This document shows, piece by piece, positions 1-11,830 of a DNA stretch of 64,000 nt. Where the stretch lies: NCBI GenBank assembly GCA_964036045.1, contig OZ038378.1, forward strand, positions 127,348,001-127,412,000, in the 5' to 3' direction. Positions within the stretch are counted from its first letter, which is position 1. Each line of letters begins with the position of its first letter. The notes under the pieces are model-generated. The model worked only from the letters and a program-made list of their open reading frames with translations, was not told the DNA's origin and did not search any database. A program made the position numbers and the translations under genes. The DNA is from Eutreptiella sp. 'Long Island Sound 2002' (taxonomy: Eukaryota > Protista > Euglenida).

Positions 1-2
1 TG

Positions 3-1598
3 ATGATAGCTGACACCAAGGCGCAAGTTGCCCTCTCAAGGTGTCGCAATTTCAAGTGTAATGACCCTTTGGCACATGTGTGTTGGCTTTGCGTGGGGAA
101 CTGTCTTCGTTGTTTGGGTGCGTTTGGGCAGGGAATCTCAATTTTGCTCAAGGTTTGGCAATGGGGGGGGGGGGTGACATTGCCAGCAGTCCTCCTTTTC
201 CAAAGACCACCCGACTTTGGACTCCATGGGGTGCACCGTTTGGTGCATTCTGCGGGCAGTGGGTTGGTTAACGGTTTGATGCATCACCATGGGTGGACGA
301 AGGGGAGGGCATTGGTTAGGGTGCAGTCGGAAAATGAGTTGCTGAAGGGGAAGGTGAAGCTGTTGGAGGACCAAGTGGCGGACCGGGACGCACAGCTAGT
401 TGGTGTGCGTTGCGAGAGGCAACGGGCTGATGAGCTGCTGAAAGAGCGCGACAGCTAGCTGCTCGCAAAGCGCGCCACGGCCAGCAATTGGGAATCGAGT
501 TGCCAAACCCGCAAGAAGAAGCCGCTGGACCAGCTGACGGCTGCGCATGGGCAGCGTGGGACGAAACACACCGCTCCTCAACCTATGTAGGACCCGGGTG
601 TCCTTGAGGAGAAGGCCTGGCTAACACACCTTGCTGTTGAGTTGCGCACGGGACTGCAGCAAGCAGCAACGGCCACAGCTCTGCTAGAGGACAGCCTCAA
701 GCTAGCCGACGAGGAGTGTGCGCCCCCTCCGTCCTTTGCACAGGCGCTGAACCAGCTACTGAAGAAGTACGATGTCGGAGACATCCTCCAGCCGCCGAGG
801 AAGAAAGGGGCAACCGAGGCCCTGAACCTAGTGACGGGGTCGCCGCGGTCTCAGGGATCTTGGTCCCGGTGAGGTGGCGGGCGGTGATCGGATGGTGATG
901 GTGTTGGTGAGAGATGGTGATCGGATGGTGATGGAGCCGACTGTGAGCAAGAGAAATCGGGAAAGAGGGCCCTGCGGTTGGAGCAAACTGCTGCGGGGGC
1001 ATGGGTGAAACGGCAAGCACGGGATTGCATTGCTGATTACTTGAAGGGATACAATTCTTTACAAGTCCCGGTGCAAGTGGGGGGGGTTACAATGACATTG
1101 CCTGCTTGTTGGCGTTTGGGTGGAGAGAAATTTGCACTGACCTGTGACCTTGTGTGGAAGCAGGGGAGGTTGGACCTTCGCGATTTGAATGTGTTGAAAG
1201 GTGCTTTGTCCGAGATGGGCAGTGCTCACAAAGTTTGTGGGTTTGTGGTGACCATGTGGGCCCACCTTTGGGTGTACCACATGTGGGGCATTGCGAGAGA
1301 CTGGGGCACCCTGTCCGCATTCAGTGGTTTCATGGGTGAGGGGAGGCATCAGTAGTTGAAGAGTGAGATTAGGAAGAGGAGCTTCAAGGGGGGAAGTAAG
1401 AAACGGGGGTCTCGCCTACGCGGGGCACGCCGAGCACAAAGGAAGGGGTGGGCAGAGGTGCTTCAGAACGACAACATGGACGGGGGGTTGTATGCCAAGG
1501 GGTTCAACGTCTGGCAGCCATCCTGGACCCGACAAGAGGCATATGGCAGGGCTCAGACGTATTGGGAAAGGGTGATGCATAAGGGCGAGATACATTAG
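3..1598 (+). pseudogene. RAG1/Transib-like DDE transposase relic, copy A (C-terminal half, interrupted by a ~600-bp insert)
   Basis: Translation gives IADTKAQVALSRC..VCWLC (second Asp plus CxxC) and PDFGLHGVH (LH motif). It ends TMWAHLWVYHMWGIARDWGTLSAFSGFMGEGRHQ*LKSE (H-x4-H and catalytic Glu). There is an in-frame TAG at 1353-1355. The copy is collinear with 8070-9102. Confidence 0.72.
328..935 (+). other. Inserted segment homologous to 6408-7050 (coiled-coil module), replacing ~44 bp of transposase sequence
   Basis: Copy A leaves the copy B alignment after GTGCAGT (327) and rejoins at GCCGA (936). The intervening DNA aligns with 6408-7050 (KVKLLEDQVADRDAQLV vs KVQLLEDRVTERDAQLV). Copy B bases 8394-8437 are absent here. 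Confidence 0.8.
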
Positions 1599-2097
1599 GG
1601 TTTCTTACATTTGTAAATCTACCAGACAATTGTTTTGCATACCTCGATGATTTGCTGGTGGAATACCACTTGGACACGTGTGACTGAATGATTGGAACAA
1701 TGCAAAGACAAATTCCAGCAATTGCCTCCATGTTTGCTTGCACGCATGGCATGTATTGGACCCGGGATGTGGGTTTCCCGTTTAGGTGTAAAGGGGGGGG
1801 GGGTAAAAGCAGGTATTTGCCTCGATTTTGCGTAGGTAAAAGGGGTATTTTGCGCTCAGAGTGAAAAAAAACCAAGTAAATAAAAAGGTCAATTTACACA
1901 CACAAAAGGGCTTTTTACGCACGCACGAATGAAATGAAATACCTAAAGCATAGTACCAGACCTCGAAATCACAAGAGAACACTACGGGTGGGGGTAGGGT
2001 ACCACCACGGGTGTTTCCAACTTATAATCCAAGCATAGGTCGTAGTTTTAGCATGCCGGATTTGAAATTCATACTCATTTTCGACCAAAATGATGTG
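1599..2097. repeat. Non-coding right-flank region of the copy A/B family (also 9103-9596; partial match at 55940-56150)
   Basis: Shared blocks include GGAATACCACTTGGACACGTGTGACTGAATGAT, TTTACGCACGC motifs and GCATGCCGGATTTGAAATT..TACTCATT..GACCAAAA. Confidence 0.78.
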
Positions 2098-2100
2098 CAG

Positions 2101-3098
2101 GCGCAAAACGTTGGGGTGGAGCCTGCGTTGTGTTGCTTCATGCCTATGTATCTCGAGTGCCCCGTGGACGGCTGCGAGAACATGTTCGCGTATGCTTCTG
2201 GCTCTTGTGTTCCCTACCCGTGGCAGGACGTCTCAATGAGTATGTTGGCGGGCGACTTGTGCATCCTAGGCAGTTACGTCATTCACCGTGGTGGGGCCGT
2301 CCCGAGAGATGCACCGGCTGGATCAACCCGTATCATCGCCATTGCTGCCATTGCCACACGCCGCATCGACTACAACACGATAGTGTTGATCATCCCGCCA
2401 CCCTTGTCTGAAGCCCCCGCGCAACAACCGTTGCCACCGTCCCCGAAGCCCGTGCACTGTACGGCACCGCAGTGCAACCGCGTGGTAAAGGCCGACCCGC
2501 CGGCGAAGTGTTTCGCTTGTGACAACCGTCCTCTGCCTGCTGTACATGTGGGTGAACTCTGCGCAGACTGTCAGCGCTATGCTGCGGAGGATGCGCCTAC
2601 TGTGGAGGCCACGCCTGCCGAAATGGCAGCCGAAGGAGCAGAGCAAGTCAATGAGGGGACGCAGAACATTGTGAAGGAGAATCTGTGCGGGTATGCGGCT
2701 CTAGTGATCCGATGCCCTTGGGCTAGACGGTATTGTACACCACCCATTGCCCAAGGTCACCGGCGGCAGACATTTAAGCCGGTTTCGTGATCGACATGTC
2801 CGCCCAACCTTGCGCGCCTGAAGATTGTCCCCAGGGCCCATTTGTCCATGAGGAGGAGGAATTGGAGGCCCGGACCCCAAGCAAATTCCCTGTCATTGCC
2901 ACGCAGCCGGGCAGCCTGATGGTGGTGCGTGAAGGCCAGGTGGGTGGGCGGAAAGTGGTGGAGGACACCGTGGACCCCCCCGTCGCCCAAGTCCTGCGAT
3001 GGGATGTCGCAAGCACCCACCCGCGGGTCGTTGACACGTCTGCCCTGGTGCAACCCGGGGCTTATGGTGGCCAACGCCGCGCGCCCGAAGGAGTATAG
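2101..3098 (+). pseudogene. PhyH-like 2OG/Fe(II) dioxygenase (C-terminal half) plus Cys/His zinc-finger relic, copy 1
   Basis: LAGDLCILGSYVIHRGG (distal His at 2284-2286) fits the GD..HRG end of the PhyH beta-helix. It is followed by CTAPQC..CFAC..H..CADC and QPGSLMVVREGQVGG. The order of these blocks matches 10915-11700. Confidence 0.5.
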
Positions 3099-3341
3099 TG
3101 ATGCCCTTGCCAACAGGTATATGCCTCGTGTGTGGTGGGGCCAAAGCCTTAGGCAAAACCTTCGTTTGGGTTGGGGTGCTGGAAGGTCGCTGGAACGGTT
3201 GCTAGAAGGGGTTTGAGTGCCGAAAGGGTCCGCTGGATGGGTCCGCTAGAAGGGGGTTCCGGCGCTGGAAGGGGGGTTTAGCAGGGTTCCAGGCAGCTTT
3301 TCCACCGCAAAAAGGGGTTCCAGCATGGATTCCAGGAGACA

Positions 3342-5374
3342 TTGTATCACGTGTATCACATGCACTCTGTTTTCTTTCAGGCCATCGTGGACACCCCACC
3401 GGTTGCGTGGCAGGCCCGCGACGTGGTGATTTGGCTAGCGAGTGGAGCAGCAAAGCCGGGCGCCGTGCCGGGCTCATGTTCCAGTCCGGTCAAACCCGGT
3501 TGTACAAGGTTTCTGGAGCTCAATGTGGCGATAGCGCGCGGCATGAAGGTGGTGCGCACGTTTCCGGTCCGAGTGAAGGTTCTGCAAGGGAAGAAGCGAG
3601 CCGAGTTCATGTTTGGTGTTGGAAAAGGGCTGCATCGATCTTCGTCGTACCAGACGTACCACGAGGAAGATGGGCGGAACGTGTGGTATGGTCTGCGGGG
3701 GCTGCAAGGCGTTGGAGGAGATGAGTTTCCGGAGACAGTCATGAAGGCATTCACTGCATACCACAGCTCAAGCCATACACGGCCATCAAGGGGAAGGCCC
3801 GAGCAGAGCGGCAACACCACATACAGACCATCATGCGTGAACTTTTAGTGGATCCGGAGGCAACTGTCGTTGAGGGTGGTGGGGGATTGTACATCTGGTT
3901 CGCCGGACGCCACGACGATGAGGACCCGCGTGTATTGCTCGCAATCGGACTGTGGGCCACCAGTAGGAGATTGAAGTTGTCAATACGGCAGATGTTTGTC
4001 CTCCCGGGCGAATGCACGCGTCGTGATTTTGTCGAAGTGCGCACAAGGTCAACACCATACTCCACCACGACCTATGCTATCAATGGCCCCAACCTGATCG
4101 AGCGGCGGTGCACAGCGACAACAACACTAGAAGACCTCGTTTTCACGCAGCTCAAGATAGCCGAGGCCCTAGGGGAGATTAAAGTGGAAACTGAGAACAT
4201 TTGGATTTTAATATGCCCCGATGCAACGGCATTGTGGCACACATGGGTCACTAAGATTGATGTTTTGTAAACTCCTGGGCCTCAGCGTTTTCTGCTGCGG
4301 GGGTCATCCATAAATGGCTGATGTGGGCATGCATGGAGGGTGTCGCGTCATGGTTGCAGGCTTTAAATCAGGAAGCGGGCCTAAATGCCCAAATCATCCA
4401 CGTACAGGAAAGTTGCACATTCCGTGTGAAAAACGAAACCAAAAAGTTTCAATGTAAACTGATTGGGGATGTGAAACTAATGCTGGTCACGAACGGGGGG
4501 GAAGGAGTGTTGGTGGGGCTGCCACGATGCCAGTGGGTTGGTGCCTATAGAGGGCATGGTAAACAAAATTCAATGGGGGGCATTTCTTCGAAGTGTTTGT
4601 ATTCGCATTGGAGACTATGCACACACAGGGTGTAGGGTAACCAATGCTTTCAAGAAACACATAAGAGAAACTATTACCACCTTGATGGTGGGTGTTGTTG
4701 GAGTGCGGCGAATCGCCGGCGAATTTGCCGATATATGGTCTACCCTTTTAGTATATGTATAGCATGTGGCTCCCGCTGAGGGGCTTTTCCAAAGGACCAC
4801 TGCAGGGCAATTTGATATCAGCACCTCTATGTTGTTCTTGACACACCCGAAGTACCATGTTCGAATTGTACATGGCCTAAGGAACCATTTTCCTAACATC
4901 ATGTTTGGTGGTGTCCTCTTGTGGACACTAATTGCAGTGTTGCTGCGCAATATGCGTAGCCTATATGCCTTGTTGAGGCAAAAGACACCATTGACCAATG
5001 GTCAGATGGAAGAGGCCAAGATCCACTGCCGTAAAATCGCTGGGCAATGCCTCCGATTGGGTTGGAAGTCAACCCCATGGGTCCACTAGATAGTGGCACA
5101 TTGCGGAGCGGTGCTCCAAAAATATCGTTACCTTTATGTGTTGAGCATTGTATCTACGGAACATAGGCAGAGGCCTTTCAAACTTGCTGTCAAAAACAGC
5201 ATGCGTGGGCGGTGCCTTCGCCGCCCACGCGTTTCACGATGTGGTCTCACCCATGTATTGAAAATGGAGACCCTTGTTGTGGGTTTACGACACCGAGCGG
5301 CCCGGCAAAAGCTTGCCCTTGTGGCCTTGCCGAAGAAAAAGGCACTGTATGTACAATTCAGAAACCAAATTTGA
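3342..5374 (+). pseudogene. RAG1/Transib-like DDE transposase relic, copy C (near full length, frameshifted)
   Basis: Motifs appear in order across frames: ILICPDAT (D 4220), KLIGDVKLMLVTNGG (D 4468), IGDYAHTGC, and GWKSTPWVH*IVAHCGAVLQKYRYLYVLSIVSTEHRQRPFK (H-x4-H, E 5159). Confidence 0.7.
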
Positions 5375-5439
5375 ACCCGGTGGATGCATTTCGTGCCCTT
5401 CTTGCAAAAGTCCTTGGTGCACCAACCCCCCCCCCCCCC

Positions 5440-5600
5440 GCAGAAAGGGTACACAAATGGGGTTACAACGCACAAAGGGTGTGCAAAAAGGGTGCAGAAA
5501 GCGGGTTCTAGCGCCGAAAGGGGGGTGCACAAAGGGGGCACAAAGGGTGCAAAAGGGTGCGGAAAGGGTGCTAGAACCCCCGTTCCAGAAAGGAGGGTGT
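5440..5600. repeat. Low-complexity AAAGGGTGCA(C) tandem tract
   Basis: Repeated aaagggtgca/aaagggggca units lie just downstream of copy C. Confidence 0.6.
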
Positions 5601-6173
5601 GTGTGGAAAATCCAGGAAAACGGACCGTTTCGGACAAAAGTGAAAATAAGCCACCAAAAGGGGCGTGAATATGTGGTGATTGGCCCCAAACAATTTTTCA
5701 ACCAGCGAAGGTGGTGTGGCTTGGGTAAGCATGTAAGAGGGGCGCTAGAAGGCGTGGGTTCTTGCGCACACCTTCTAGCGGCGCACCGAAGTGGCAGTTT
5801 GAATGGCGCCTGAATTTTACGTGCATGTCACCCATTTTTCGTGTTTTGTTTTTTGTTGAGAAAACACTACTTCGTGGCTTCAATATGACGTATCTGATGG
5901 GGCAAACCTCAGGCCCCATTTTCTGTCCCCATGATTCAATGAAGGTCGTACGAGTTTCGAAAAACTTCCAAATCCCATCAAAAATTTACCCGAATTCGCA
6001 TGAAACTCGTGCATGCGTGATTTTCATAATTTCGTGTTTGAGCGGAATATTCGCAACTCACCAACAAGATAAAACATCAAATTTCAAGACATTTCTAGCG
6101 ACAGCGTTTTGGCGAAGATAGCAGGAGAAACACACAACATGGCACCAAGTTACGAGCAAAACACAGCAGAAAG

Positions 6174-6950
6174 TTGTCAAATTCAGAGTACTGTGTATCT
6201 CCCATTCAAACGGCCGCTTCACGCAGGGTACATAAAGGATGGAAGGTGGCCCAGCGTGAGGATTTGGCGGAAAAATGTTTTCATGGGATCAAATCCTCCA
6301 TAGTACCTGGGAAGAGGACCCAGCATGGTCGCCCACCCAAGGCGATGGGAAAGGAGGTGCGTGCGCAGGGTGTCACGGCGGCCGCGCAAACGGCGAAGCT
6401 GATGCGGCTGCAGTCGAAGACTGAGTTCCTCCAGGGGAAAGTGCAGCTGTTGGAGGACCGTGTGACAGAGCGCGACGCACAGCTTGTTTCTGCGCGTTGC
6501 ACGACGCAGCGGGCCGATGAGCTGCTGAAGGAGCGCGATAGCTAGCTGCTATCAGAGCGCGCCGCGGCCAATAAGCTGGAATCGGGTTGGCCAACCCGCA
6601 AGAGGAAGTTGCTTCACGAGCTGCAGACCGCACGCGGGCAGCGTGGGACGAAGCGCACCGCTCGTGATGCTATGCAGGAACCGGGTGTCCTTGAGGACAA
6701 GGCCTTGTTGACGCAGTGCACAGTTGAGTTGCGCACGGCAGTGCAGCAAGCAGCAACGGCCACGGCTTTGCTCCAGGACAGCCTCAAGCGAGCCGGCACG
6801 GAGTCTGCGCCCCATCCGTCCTTTGCAGCTGACGTGGACCGGCTACCGCTAAAGTGCGCGGTCGGAAACGTCCTCCAGTCGCCGTAGAAGAAAGGGATAA
6901 CCGAGCCCCTAACTCCCGTGAGCAGGTTACCGTTGTCTCAGGGATCATAG
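6174..6950 (+). pseudogene. Coiled-coil coding relic upstream of transposase copy B (possible N-terminal part or second ORF of the element)
   Basis: Heptad-like sequence RLQSKTEFLQGKVQLLEDRVTERDAQLV..KERDS*LLSERAAA continues past the TAG at 6543-6545. The same stop occurs in the copy at 456-458. Confidence 0.42.
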
Positions 6951-7399
6951 GCCCACGCATCAGATTCGCTGAAGTGGACGGAGGGGTTGGTGGATGGACA
7001 TTGAGTGGGTGGTGAGACATGGTGATTAGATGGTGATTGTGTCGGTGAGCGATGATGATTGGTGATTGTTTGTTTACTTTACTTTTACCCCATTCTTGCA
7101 TATGTAAGAGGCGCATTTTGCGCGATTGCACACTTTGCACTTGGGACGCAAAAACACCCTTCTGCTCGCACAAATTGCACGTTTTGCGTGTCGACTGTTT
7201 GTCAAGCGAGAATGCAAAAACATGTTTTGGCTTGCGTAAAAGGCCCTTTTTGCGTTGGGCCAGAAAGTAAGGTCGGCACGCAAATATGCGCATTTACGCA
7301 CGCAAAAACGCGGTAATTACGTGCCTTACCTGCAGTGCAACACGCTTGTGCCACCTATGTCCCAAGTTTCATTTCTACATAATGCCGCTGCATATATGG

Positions 7400-9102
7400 C
7401 AATTCCGGCACTTGGCACTGGGCAATCGCACAGGCCATGGTGAACGGATCAGCAGCCTGCACCTTGCTGTGCAAGATATTATGGGGGTGGACTAACATGT
7501 AAGAATGCGGAGTGAGGTTACGAATGTGGTGGACCTGTACATGGATTTCTCCACTGATAATCAACTCGATTTGGAGTTGAATGCCATGGCAGTGTTGTGG
7601 GAATCGAGCAAGGAGGAGCAAAGTGTGCGGCGGTTGTAGTACAGCCGGTCAACTTGGTATGGCCCTTGGTCAAGAATCGTGTCCGTGTGAAAGACCTTGG
7701 GAGCACCCCACCCCATTGATTTTGTTTTCACAACTGCCGGCGGTAGTGATTTAATTGGGTCTAGGGTGAATCTGAAGGAGAAGCTGCAGCTTACATGGCA
7801 GAATAACCCCATGGTAACAGAAGGGAACCAAGTTGTGGTGGGGATTTCCATTGATGGCACCAACGTTTGGCAACGTTCCATTTAGCCCTTTACGGCAGGG
7901 GAGTTGGGGAGCCGTCTACCTTGGGGTTCATAGGTGCTACTCCAGGGCTCAAAGACCACCCGAATTCTTCGTGACCTTGCCCACCGGGAGAATTTGAACC
8001 TTGATATGTTGGCTGTGAATGAGATGCATGTTTGAATGAGGGAGGGTTTGCAACTCCCGTTGTTTGTGTGATCATAGCTGACACCAAGGCGCAAGTTGCC
8101 CTCTCAGGGTGTCACAATTTCAAGTGTAATGACCCTTTGGCACATGTGTGTTGTCCTTGCAGGGGGAACCGTCTTCATTGTTTGGGTGCGTTTGGGCAGG
8201 GAATCTCAAATTTGACCAAGGCTTGGCAATTGGGGGGGGGTGACATTGCCAGGAATCCTTCCTTTCCAAAGACCACCCGACTTTGGACTCCATGGGGTGC
8301 ACGGTTTGGTGCATCCTGCGGGCAGTGGGTTGGTTAAGGCTTGGATGCATCACCATGGGTGGGTGAAGGGGAGGGCATTGGTTTGGGTGCAGTGGTTTTG
8401 GGATGACATCAGGGTTTAGTGCCGTACCGCCTCGGCGGCCGATTGTGAGCAAGAGAAGAGGGGAAAGAAGGCCCTGCAATTAAAGCAAACTGCCACGGGC
8501 GCATGGGTGAAACGCCAAGGGTGGGATTGCATTGCCAACTACTTGGAGGGGGACAATTCTTTACAATTCCCGGTGCAAGTGGGGGGGGGGTTACAATGAC
8601 ATGGACTGCTTGTTGGCGTCTGTGCGAAGAAAAAACTGCACTCATTTGTTCCCCTGTGTGGAAGGAGGAGAGGTTGGTCTTTCCCGATTTGAATGTGTTG
8701 AAAGGTGCTTTGTCTGAGATGGGGAGTGCCCACAAACCTTGTGGGTTAGTGGTGACCCTGTGGGCCCACCTTTGGGTGGACCACATGTGGGGCATTGCGA
8801 GGGAATGGGGCACACTGTCCGCATTGAGTGGTTTCATGGGTGAGGGGAGGCATCAGTAGTTGAAGAGTGAGATGAGGAAGAGAAGTTTTAAGGGGGCAAG
8901 TAAGAAACACGGGTCTCGCCTACGGGGGGCACGCCGAGCACAAAGGAAGGGGTGGGCAGAGGTGCTTCGGAACGACAACATGGACGGGGGGTTGTATGCC
9001 AAGGGGTTCAACGTTTGGCAGCCCTCTTGGACCCGGCAAGAGGCATATGGCAGGGCTAAGAAGTATTGGGAAAGGGTGATGCATAAGGGGAAGATGTATT
9101 AG
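7400..9102 (+). pseudogene. RAG1/Transib-like DDE transposase relic, copy B (most complete copy)
   Basis: Motifs are VVVGISIDGTNVW (D 7853), VIIADTKAQVALSGC..VCCPC (D 8080, CxxC), PDFGLHGVH, and TLWAHLWVDHMW..SALSGFMGEGRHQ*LKSE (H 8767, H 8782, E 8842). Several stops and frameshifts are present. Confidence 0.78.
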
Positions 9103-9686
9103 GGTTTCTTGCGTTTGTAAAATTACCAAACTATTTTGTCGTGCATACTTCGCTGATTTGGTGGTGGAATACCACTTGGACACGTGTGACTGAATGATCC
9201 GAACACTGCAACAAAAGATCCAACCAATTGCCCCCATGTTTGCTTGCACGCATGGAATGCATTGAAGCCGGATTGTGTGTTTGTGTTTGGGTATAAAGGG
9301 GGGGGAGGCATGCATTATTTGGATTTTGCGTATTTCAAAGGGGTATTTAGCGTGCGAACTGAAAAAATACGTTGTAAGTAAAACGAGCAATTTACGCACG
9401 CGAAAGGTTTTTGTTATGCACGCACAAACAAAATAAAATAGCTGAACCATAGTATCAGGCCTTGAAAGCACAAGAGAACACTGCGGGTAGGGGTGGGGGA
9501 CCACCACCGGTGTTTCCAATGAAGGACCCAAGCCATGGGGGTATTTTTAGCATGCCGGATTTGAAATTTGTACTCATTCTTGACCAAAAAGATGTTTTCC
9601 ACCATTTCCTGATTTTTGCCCCATTTTTGCCCTCATTTTTTCGGTATTCAGGGCGAAACATTACTTCGTAATTTCACCTAGGTAAA

Positions 9687-9795
9687 CGGCCATATGCCTA
9701 TAGGTATGCGGCGGTATACTCCGATCATACGGCCGTATGCTGGGGGTATACGGCCGTATACTCCGAGTATACTGCCGTCTAATGAAGGTATACGG
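9687..9795. repeat. Cluster of GTATACGGCCGTATAC palindromes (further clusters at 11975-12130 and 16723-16820)
   Basis: A perfect 16-bp palindrome lies at 9746-9761 and an 18-bp AGTATACGGCCGTATACT at 12038-12055, with degenerate neighbours. Confidence 0.88.
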
Positions 9796-10278
9796 CTGCA
9801 AATACATGGGTTTTCTTGCCATTTGTTGCATGAATTTGTTATGTTCCACCTCCTCCCATAGGCCTTTTTGATGTCTGATGCCGACGTCGCCCTCCTGCAA
9901 AAATGGGGCCAACAGGTGACCAACCGTGTGGGCACCCGTGGCCTTTACTCTCCAGATGCCACTCGCAGTGTCACTTGCTCAACCCTCCCCAACATGAGTT
10001 CCTCAATTGTTGACGCCCCCCTTGTGCGGGTTGTGCTGAACAAGGCACGGGTTGGTGAACCTTCAACGGTCACTGACCCCATAATCAATTTTTTAAGACA
10101 ATAGCCCCGAACTCCTTGCTTGCATGGTCGCACTGAACCCCTCAGATGCTGAGGAAGCCAGCGCATTCATTAAGAAATGTTGTGCTGGGCCTTCGAGTTT
10201 GACCCGGTACTATGTGCGTGAGGCCGAAGTGTCTAAGGGGATTTTTGGGATGGAGGTCTCGGGGGATTCCAACCCAAG

Positions 10279-11830
10279 GTGGCTGAAGTGGGAACGGCGC
10301 AATCAACAATTGGGCAAGGACTTTTGGGACACATGTTGCCCATTAGCTCCCTCAGGTCCAAGAGCCCTTGGGAATGGCAGGGGGAGTTAGAAGGCCACAC
10401 TTTGCCCACATGGTACAAGGCCACCGCCAACCACCCCGCCATTGTTCTCCCCCCCAGCACACTGCCCCTGTTTGGGCATGAGCATGGACGGGTGGAGGTG
10501 GGGGTGGATTTTTTGGGCATGGTGTGCAATGAGGCACTCACCCTCCTTTCCGAGTGTGGGTATGCCTTCCTAAGGGGAGTTTTTTCTCGTGAGCTGATTG
10601 GAAGAATTATTCACCTCTATGCCCCCACTCCCGCCCAGGGCATCCACACTTTTGATGAGACTTGGCCCTCGGGGACCAGACCCGTTGATGTTCCACTGAG
10701 GATCATGTATCTTCAAGAAGATGGGCAAACTGCGCTCCATGAGGCCGCGGGCCTTCTTAGCCAACCTATATACGTCTAACCTTGGTCTGGACAACCCGGT
10801 TGTCAATGTTGTGTGTTTCATTGCTGTGAAAGAAGGCACCACACACAAACAATGGTGACATAGAGATGTCAGCAAAATTTTTTTCAAGGCCCCACTAAAA
10901 AACATTTTATTGCTTTGCTTCCCGTGCTGGCGGCAATGCCAAGTGATGACAACTCTGGGGACTTTGTGCTTACCGGTCACTTGCGGTTGCCGGAGCCCTT
11001 CAAGGTCTTGTCCATCGCTCCACTAGCCCTTGGCGATGCATGGGTCGCTGACGCCAAGATCATCCTCAGGGGTGTCATACCCCCCCTCTCTTCTATGAAT
11101 CAAGACAAGGTCTTTGCTTTCGTTACGGTTGGCCATACAAAATATGAGTATGATAACACCTGTCCCGTCATACTTCCTCCATGGGCACAATTAGTGAGAT
11201 TGGAGCATGATGAGGCTCTTTGTGCGCATCTGGGCTATGATGCTGTGTTGGATTTGGGTTACCCCGACCTTGTGAAGTGAATTTCTTTTGGCAAACGGGC
11301 ACTCTGCCTCCAGCATGCCATTAACGGCACATGCTCGGGTTGCCACAACTCCACCCAGAACCTCGATGACCCCCACACAGCGATAGGTGCAAGTGAGGGT
11401 GCTGGGGCAACGCATGGTCGGTGCCTTGCCCCATACCTTTTTTTTATGCTTGTGGATGGCACCACATTGTTTGCGACATGTCAGAGCCTCCGCCCCATCC
11501 CCATCAGACCCAGTACAAAGCACACCCCGAGTTCAAGTAGTGCCCCATGAGTCAGTTCCATGCCAATACTGTCTCCCTTGTTGATGGGGCCAACAACTTT
11601 TTCAGGGTTCCCCCCGGGTCATTGGTGGTTGAGTGTGGTGGCATCGGGGGGGTGGCCTTGCCCCCCAAATCAGCACTCCTTGGCAAGAGTGTTGCAGTGG
11701 TTCGCCTTGGGCCGGCAGCACCACCTCTTGGACGTCGCTATCGCACAGGTTTCATTGGGTTCGCTGGTGGCATGCTGCTGTCGCCAAGCACAAGCTCAAG
11801 CACAAGCCCAAAGCCAAGTCCCATGCTAAG
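10279..11830 (+). pseudogene. PhyH-like 2OG/Fe(II) dioxygenase plus Cys/His zinc-finger relic, copy 2
   Basis: The N-terminus LLSECGYAFLRGVFSRELI is PhyH-like. A shifted frame gives KQW*HRDV (HxD at 10859-10867), then LALGDAWVADAKIILRGV (distal His mutated to Leu). This is followed by LCAHLG..K*ISFGKRALCLQHAINGTCSGCH and VPPGSLVVECGGIGG. Confidence 0.6.

Noticed and set aside
456-8859. TAG reassigned to an amino acid in this genome
   Set aside because: In-frame TAGs appear to replace different residues (Gln-like and Trp-like positions), and the same frames carry other stops and frameshifts. Decay is the simpler explanation.
6000-9700. RSS-like termini (CACAGTG heptamer plus nonamer) and a RAG2-like kelch partner
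   Set aside because: No heptamer/nonamer pair was found at plausible ends; isolated CACAGTG at ~13479, 25291 and 54703 lack a nonamer. No kelch repeats were recognised on either strand.
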